From an uncultured Gammaproteobacteria bacterium (GTDB lineage Bacteria; Patescibacteriota; Patescibacteriia; Magasanikbacterales; UBA922), in the NCBI GenBank assembly GCA_964412535.1, contig CAYPPF010000006.1, positions 1 through 37,358 on the forward strand: a stretch of 37,358 nucleotides of DNA, read 5' to 3'. The notes beneath the pieces were generated by a model that saw only the letters and a list, made by a program, of their open reading frames with translations, did not search any database and was not told the origin of the DNA. Below are positions 9,206 through 16,900 of this stretch, piece after piece; within the stretch, counting starts at the first letter, position 1; every line of letters begins with the position of its first letter. A program made the translations under genes and the position numbers.

Positions 9206-9384
9206 GGTACTCCTCCCCATTGGGTTCATTTCCTCATTTCTCCAAAACCACCTTACTACACTCAACTGCATATAAAAAACAATCAAATGCAGTAAGGCAG
9301 TTATATAGAGAATTCCTTCCGTTGTAATGAGCGGATTAAATGCTTAATCCCTCTTTACTACTAGCAAAGAAAGATAGTTGCACT

Positions 9385-9428
9385 CCCGTCCGCAGCATCA
9401 ATGATAAACACTGAATACTGCGGACAGG
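9385..9428 (-). terminator. Hairpin downstream of the glycine-zipper lipoprotein gene (terminator candidate, weak U-tract)
   Basis: Minus-sense CCTGTCCGCAG-(22 nt)-CTGCGGACGGG. The 11-bp stem includes one G.U pair that forms only on the minus-sense RNA. Confidence 0.35.
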
Positions 9429-9455
9429 AAAAGATATTCTAGGTAGGTTGCTGTC

Positions 9456-10523
9456 CTAGTTGACAGCTTTCTTGATGGCCCAGATGCCGAGTCCGAGAAC
9501 AGCACCGCCGGCACCACCAATCGCAGCACCAACACCGCATCCGGAGGCCTCATAATCGCCATCGCTGTCAATACCACCTGATCTTGCACCCCAGCCTATA
9601 CCACAGCCACCACCAGCTCCAATGCCGGCGCCGATTGCAGTATATGCCAGCCATTCGACCGGGCTCCCGTCTTCCTCCTTGAAATCCGGAGAGAAGGTGG
9701 GGTTGGTATCGACGTACTGATACTGGTATGCGTCGACGTACTCCGCACGGAAAGCGCGTCCGAGCAATTGCTCTTCCGCGGCTTTGCTAGTGGCGTTGTA
9801 GTCGGTTGATGATCCAGCATGGTGCTCCCTACGCTGTTTGCGCGTCTGACGCAAGGCCGCAGACTCTGCAGCATCCGTCTGACGGAGCATAACTCGCTCA
9901 CCAGAGGTGACGCTTTCGTCTTTAGGAGCCATACTTTCCCGGGTAGCCAGTCCGTTGCCAGCACTTGCGATCCAGGATCGCGGCACACAACGAACCGTCG
10001 CAGTGCCCACAATATCTGTACTGGGATCGTGGCACCAGGCACCATCTGCAGCGTCTACTGCCTTAGTGTTGGTGGCTCTCGTTTCATCCAGCTCATCCTG
10101 GCCAGCCCTACGTTTGCCGTGTTCTTTTGCGGTCCCATTGACCATGGGGATTGTCCCCGTCTCGCACTTCTTTGCACCCGTGGCATCTTCACCGTCCTTA
10201 CCTTGCCACACGGGCTTAGGCAAACTTCCATCCTGCACCACGCAGGTGACGAGACATGGTTCTGGACCACAGGTGTTTTTCGGTGCAGTCGCACTGTTGG
10301 CTCTTGCCTGCAGACCAGCACCGACACCCGGGGAATTGGAGCCTGTCTGGCCCTGGGTGTTTGTTGCAGCGGAATTGCTGGCTCCTCCAGAAGATCCGGA
10401 GCTGGAAGTACCTCCACCACCCTGAGCCAAATCTGGATCAGGCAGTGCGGTTTGTGGGCCACCTGTGGCACAACTGGTTAACAGAAAAACTCCGATAATC
10501 AAACCTACGATCTTTGCCTTCAT
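9456..10523 (-). CDS. Lipoprotein with a C-terminal glycine-zipper (SlyB/Pcp 17-kDa-antigen-like) segment
   Basis: Start chosen at MKAKIVGLIIGVFLLTSC (lipobox LTSC), preceded by GGGAGGAGaatgtc. A Gly/Ser-rich linker follows. The C-terminus is AIGAGIGAGGGCGIGWG...GCGVGAAIGGAGGAVLGLGIWAIKK. Confidence 0.7.
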   Translation of the reverse strand: MKAKIVGLIIGVFLLTSCATGGPQTALPDPDLAQGGGGTSSSGSSGGASNSAATNTQGQTGSNSPGVGAGLQARANSATAPKNTCGPEPCLVTCVVQDGSLPKPVWQGKDGEDATGAKKCETGTIPMVNGTAKEHGKRRAGQDELDETRATNTKAVDAADGAWCHDPSTDIVGTATVRCVPRSWIASAGNGLATRESMAPKDESVTSGERVMLRQTDAAESAALRQTRKQRREHHAGSSTDYNATSKAAEEQLLGRAFRAEYVDAYQYQYVDTNPTFSPDFKEEDGSPVEWLAYTAIGAGIGAGGGCGIGWGARSGGIDSDGDYEASGCGVGAAIGGAGGAVLGLGIWAIKKAVN

Positions 10524-10804
10524 GACATTCTCCTCCCTGCCCATTACGGGCGATTCATTGCACATTTAGGAATCAGTTACTGCATAAAACAAAGCAAATA
10601 CCATGCTTTACACAGTAACTGAGTTTATTCTTACAAAATACGGAGGAAAAACTAGAAAAACCTACCTAGTTGTAAAGAACCGAGGCTTAGGTATTCCTAA
10701 GCTTTAATTCATACATTTTCTCCATATTCAACATTGTACTGAAAGGAAATATTAGTCAAAAACCAACAATTTCCCATAGTGTTCAGCATGTTAAATAACG
10801 ATAT

Positions 10805-10833
10805 AATATACCATATTTTGAAGGTTTTGTCAA
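10805..10833 (-). promoter_or_regulatory. Consensus sigma70 promoter TTGACA-17-TGgTATATT, giving a leader of about 275 nt for the 355-aa lipoprotein gene
   Basis: Minus-sense aaacTTGACAaaaccttcaaaatatggTATATTatat. The next start codon with an SD is at 10523. Confidence 0.55.
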
Positions 10834-10898
10834 GTTTAAAAAGGGATAAAAACACAAAATTGGCTAAAATAAGCCAATTTTTACTGTTTTTCTACTAC

Positions 10899-10926
10899 AA
10901 AAGGCCGGTTTCCCGGCCTTTTGTTG
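10899..10926 (-). terminator. Rho-independent terminator of the giant-protein operon
   Basis: Minus-sense AAAAGGCCGGgaaaCCGGCCTTTTGTAG, immediately after the stop at 10931. Confidence 0.7.
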
Positions 10927-10930
10927 AATT

Positions 10931-13900
10931 TTACTCTACTTTAGCAGCTCCCCCAGCATTTGATTGATCTTTTTCTGCTTCTTCTTTCTCTTTCTTGGAA
11001 AAATGCCTGATTGCTGCATCTTGAAAACTCTTTTCTAGATTGATTTGGAGACCTATTTTAAACTCAATATACTGTTTTTCAGGAGAAAGAGTACTTCTAC
11101 CTGATGGCACAAATTGAACACCTAAAATTCCCGCATCAAACTTGTCTAAAGAACTTCTCACTTTTGCCCACCCTTTTTCATCTTTTCTATGCTCTTCTAA
11201 TCCTGACGAAAAATTACGCAATGCACCCACTTGTCTTTCTAACAAATCTTTCCTAGTTTCCTTAAACCATTTTCTAGCCCATTCCAGTTGAGGAGCATTC
11301 ACCTTCTTGCTCTTGGCCGAACCCCTAACTAAGGATTCTAATTCACCAGGAGTAGTTAATAGCTTCTTTCCATGGCGCAAGAATGAAGCATAGTTTTCAG
11401 CCTCTTGTTTATCTGCCTTACTCCACTCTGAGTCATCTATTAAATTTTCTACTCTGTCTATCCCCTCTCCATATCCATCTGACTCTTCTTTTGGCTCTTC
11501 AGGAAGATGATGGTGTTTTACTTTTTCCCACCTATCCTCCAATGACATTGGCGTTTCGTGCGGTTCAATTTCACTAGTATCAATTTCTGGTTGATTAAAT
11601 TCTTGATCATCTACTGATTGTGTTCCACCTTTCTTTTTCTCTTCTTTTTTCTTTCGCTTCTTACGAGGTGACTTAGTTTTCTTTTTCTTTTTTTCTATCT
11701 TCTTTTTCTCTTCTTTCTCTGCCTCTGCTTTGACCTTGGCTTCTGCCTCTGCCTTCATTTTGGCTTTAACTTTCCCAAGCTTTTCTAAATCTTCTATTCC
11801 ACCATCTACTTCCATTCCTGTTCCCTCTATTCCTCCCCTGTCTACAAACAAGTATGGATCCTCATCTTCGCCCACATCTACATCTTCTGGATGATATTCG
11901 TGACCTGTCTTCTGTTTTTCTTTTCCTTCATGATCAAACTTCTTTTCAAAACTAGCTCCCCATATTACAACTGCAGCTATGCCAGCAGCCCAAAGTACTT
12001 TCTTCAATCTACCACCCCATTTCTTTGCTTTTTTAGTACCTAATTTTTTCTTTAACTCTGCCCTAGCCCTATCCAGTTTAACGCCTATCTTTTCTTTTTC
12101 AGGCTCTACTGATTCTGGATAGTGTCCTTCTACCGATGAAGGTGGAGGTCCATCTATTGATTCTAGTTTGACTCTAGTTACGAATTCCTTAAGAGCCTCA
12201 TTAAAATCTGTATTTCTTTCATATACATGTCTTCCATCATTAGCCTGACTGGCAAACTCACCCGTCTCCTTGTTGTATTCGCCATGCATTATATATTCAA
12301 TGGCAGGTGCACCATCAGGAGTATCCGAAGGCATTATCAGTGTATATTTTATTTCAAATTCCTCAGTATCTGGATTACTGACAAAGTTAAGTTCTGGCCC
12401 TTCACAATCTTCTATCCCCACACCAATCTCTTCCCTGTCAAAAGCATGAAAAACCTTTGCTTCACTATCATATGAACCCAATTCTCCTATTCTTTTTGCT
12501 ATTAGTTCTCCTTCCTTCCATTTACCTTCTTGTGGAAGCTCTCCTGAAACCTCCTTGATACCTTTACCGTCTAACACAACACCCTTACCAGTAATATATC
12601 TTACTAGACCGGTTAATTTAGTATCAGAATCCACCATAAAATCTGTAGCCCTTGCCAAAACAATTATGTCATCCCTATACTCCCCTTCCAAGATGCTACC
12701 ATCAGGGAATATCTTTTTACCATTAATAAACTTCCCATCTACAAAGTTACCTTCAAACTCTGTTGCACCAGGAAACTTTTGTTTACCTTGACCATGTAAT
12801 ACCCCCTCTTTCCATTTACCCTCCCTAGTACCATTACTATCTTCCACTTTTCCTTCTGATAACATCCCCTCCACAAATATACCTTCAGCTGTAAAGGGAG
12901 GATTTACAGAATTGTGTTTTCCTTCTCCCTCAAGAACTCCATCTTTCCAAACACCTTCAAAATATGAACCATCTGGAAATTCTAGTTTTCCCTGCCCCTT
13001 ACTTGGTATTTGTTCTCCAGCTCTTTCAACAGCCTTTCCTGTATACGTACCTCCAGCAAAATCTATACCCCCTTGTTCTCTTGCAGTTTCTCTTGCTTTT
13101 TTGTCAGCAGGCTCCTTTACCTCAAGCTTTCTTTCTATTGGGCTTGATTCAGGCGGAGGAGGAGGTCCAACAGGAGGAGAAGTTGGTGGTTCTACTTCAG
13201 TGCCAGGAACAGGAGGGGGCTCGACCACTGTACCTTCAGTAGCGGCACGTGTACTTGCCCTTTCTGTACTTTCAATCTGTATAACTTCTAGACTAATTTT
13301 CCCCTGCAACTCTTTAAGAGGATTTACTACTTCTTCTCTTATTCTAGAAACAATCCATTGCAACCTAGGCACCAAAGTCTTTGCTCTTTTTTTAGAATCT
13401 GAATACCAGGTAATGTAATTTAGGGTTTCCAACATTGCTTCAGTAATCAAGACATCTTTTTCTGAAATAGAAGATACTTGTCTGGCCAAAGTTTCATAAT
13501 CAGGATGACTAGCATCATCTAACTTTTGGACTCCCTTAAACAACTCGTCTTCTCTAGGAAAAACTTCTTTGTTAATTATCTCACTAAAATCACCCAAAGA
13601 AGTCTCGAAGTCTTCTTTCCTTTTTTCTAAATAAGATTTTGCCCCACCATCAGCATTCCATATCAATGTCTTCCACATCTGTTCTATCTTTTCACTTGTA
13701 AGCTCATCTTCTACTTCTACTAAATTAAACCCATCTAATTTTTCATACTCTTCAGGCCCTACAAACTCCTCTAATTCTTTTTCTATTGGATCAGGGTCTG
13801 AAACAGTAGAAGCATCTGGACTGAGTACACCTCCAAAATGTGTAATCTCTGATTCCGTACTTCTAACAATTGTTTCGTAATCGGCAACAATATCTCTTAT

Positions 13901-16900
13901 CCTACCCATACCAACCTTAAATAATCTTGACAAGCCCAGCTTTGCTTTCTTTCTTGAACTAGCAATATTAGGTGTATTATTTAACATGCCCTCTAAAAAA
14001 TCAGTCAAATCCACTTCCTGAGCTTCAATATAGCCTCGGCGTTCTTGAAAAACTCTCGCTCTGTTCGCCCCCGCCTTGTCATTAATTTCCTGGATATTAG
14101 TAGTCAGACGTCCTTTGAGAGGAAGCACTCTTTCACCATGTTTTCTCTTTAGCTCTCCCACAAACTGAGCAAAAATCTTTTTCTTGTCTCGTAAATAAAA
14201 TCTGACTACCGCACTTGATGCCTCTACTAACCTATCCCAAATCTCATTCAATTTCTCAATTGTAAGCTGTGAAAGTAAATCTTCTAAATTTCCATTAGAC
14301 TCTAACTCTTCATACTCAGGCTCAGTGGGTTCTTCTGGTTCAGATTCTTCACCAGATGAATCTAAGGTTGGTGGAATTACTTCAAGAGACTTGTGGTACG
14401 GGTTATACCCTGCTGGTTCACCACCTTCTGCCACTGAAGCAGGAGTTTCCTCTTCAGGAACATCCGGGACAGATTCTTTATCTGACTCAGTGAGCAGTCC
14501 TAACAAGTATAAATTACTTTCAGTCTTTTTATTAACCCACCTGACCATTTCCCATCCCATTATTAATAGATGTTCAAAGCCATCTTTCACCTCTTCTCTT
14601 GAAACAGCTATCTCCTGAATATTATTTAATCTTCCAGTTATATAATCAACTCTTTCTTGTTCTTCATTTATTTCTGCCTCATAATCTTTGTATATTCCAC
14701 CATCTAATTCATTTTTTTTCATATATTCCAACAACTGTTCCCTTGATGTGCTACTTTTTTCTTCTGCATCTCTCATTCCTTCGACAAACTTCTTGAAATA
14801 TTTTTTCAGACCTAATAAATGAAGTTTAGCTGCTATTCCTGATGCCTCCCTTAATCTGCCCCAAATTTCATCCACCTTCTCACCTGTAAGTTGGGCTAAT
14901 AGACCTTTCAACCCTTCACCAGATTTTAACTCCACATACCCTGATTCATCTGGCTCAGGTACCTCCACAGAAGGAGGAATTGTTTCTGCTGGCTCGACCA
15001 CTTCATCTCCAGATAGTACATCTGCTTCATCTTCACCATCATCTGACACTTCCCATTCAGAATCACCGAAACTATCAACAAACTCCTCAGGTGATTCTCC
15101 CAAAGCCAAAGCAGCCTCTGTTGGTAGTACCACCTCGGCAACACCAGCAAGGTCTTCAGTGCGTGCTTTTAGGATTTCCCACTCATCATTCTTATTTTCC
15201 TCTTCCATTACTTCCTTATATATCTCTATAAGTTTATCTGCAAAACCATCTGGCAATTTATCTTCTAAACCAGGTTTTTGTGATAAGGCACCTCTTAGCG
15301 CAGTGGCAGCCCCCTCTAGTGCAAATATATTTATATTTCCATCTTCTAATCTTTCCCAATTGCTCTTAAACCGATCCATGTGTAAACCATATAAATATTC
15401 ATCAGGACCTTCTATGTCTCTTGGCTCTGGTGCAGGTGGTTCATCATCAGGTGACTCTGTCCCCTCTACTAGCTGCCCTCCTGCCATTTTTCCATCACCA
15501 AGATCAATTGCTCTATGACGTGGTGGACCTGTTCTTGGCTTTACATCTAAAGGAATTGTTGGGACTGTTGGATCCTCATCATCAAAATCATCAAAGGTCT
15601 CTTCATCAAACCCAGAAACAGCCTCTTCAAAGATCCTGTCTGCGTCTTCTGTCGGTGTTAAGTCAATATCTGAATCATCTTCTTCATCCCCCAACAACTC
15701 TTCTGCATCTTCCACAGCTTTCCTTAAACGATCCGGGTCACTAGCTTGCTCAGATCTAAGACGACGATATAGTGCAACTAACTCGGGTACTTGATTTTCA
15801 ACTTCGTGCTGGAGGTTGACCTTGTTCAGCTCATCATCAATCTCATCCTGAGTATAGCCCCCTACTAATTTAAATTCTTCTTTGACTAGTTCGATAAACC
15901 TTTCTGTTACCTGTCTTAACAGACCAGACCAACCATCTATATATTCTTCTACTTTGGAAAGTTCTACTACCTCGTCTAGTCCTTTCTCCACCATGTCCCT
16001 TCTCAAAACAGGTACATTCAAAGGTTCATTATTTTCAACAAAAATATCAACCATCTCATACACCCTGTCTAGCATTCTCCTAACTTGTTCTTTTTTATTT
16101 CTTACCACCTCATCTTCCACCTCAACTGGTTCTTCTTCTGGCACTGCTTCCGGTTCTGGATCAGGAGGACTAGACATATCTTCAGCTTGTTGTAATAAAT
16201 CTTCAAATACTTTCTCATCAATACCCCTTTGTACGGCGTATGTGACTAAATCTTGCATTCTAGACTTTACTAAACTAGGATTTCTAAAACCAAACTCTTT
16301 TATAATATCCTCAGCAGCTGTCAAAAAGACAGTCTCACTAAGATCCAAATCTGTATCCACTCTTTCATTAGCATATCTCAAAGCTTCATCAGCTGATTCA
16401 ATATAGCCTATACCTAAATTCTCACTAAAAGCTCTTTGAATGAGTGCTTGCTCAGGCCAATCCATTAATATGCCTTTGCCAGCATAATAATCTTCAATTC
16501 CAGTAACTTTTTCATAATGGAACAAACCCCCTCTAAACAACTTATCTCTTTCTCCCTCTAAGTATTCTTTGCTAATCTCTACATCCAATGAAAGATCATT
16601 TATTATTTGTTCTAATGCAGGCAGATGTGCATCTTTCTCTCCATTCCAAAATCGAGCATTAAGTATAGAATTGCTATGCCTATTTTTGATAAACTCTCCA
16701 ACTTGCTTTCTAGCCTCTGGATGTTCTTGTAATTTTTCAAGTGTTTCCCTTATATCAGCAAATCCTTCTAAAATAGTTTTTTCATCAGTATCACGTAATT
16801 TTCTTGAACCAAATTTCTCTTCTAATTCTTTTAGCATTCCTTTTACTTCTTCACTTAACTCCACTTCCTCTTCTGGAGGAGAGACAACTGGTTCTGACTC

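Noticed and set aside
4562-10498. Numerous long ORFs on the opposite strand or in alternative frames within the GC-rich block, for example 5965..7161 (+, 398 aa), 4992..6245 (-, 417 aa), 7543..8841 (-, 432 aa), 5030..5692 (+) and 9819..10481 (+).
   Set aside because: GC-rich coding DNA is depleted of stop codons in other frames. These products are low-complexity (Ala/Thr/Arg/Ser/Pro-rich) and lack SD and start context. Each is nested inside an ORF that has clear protein features (signal peptides, Cys repeats).
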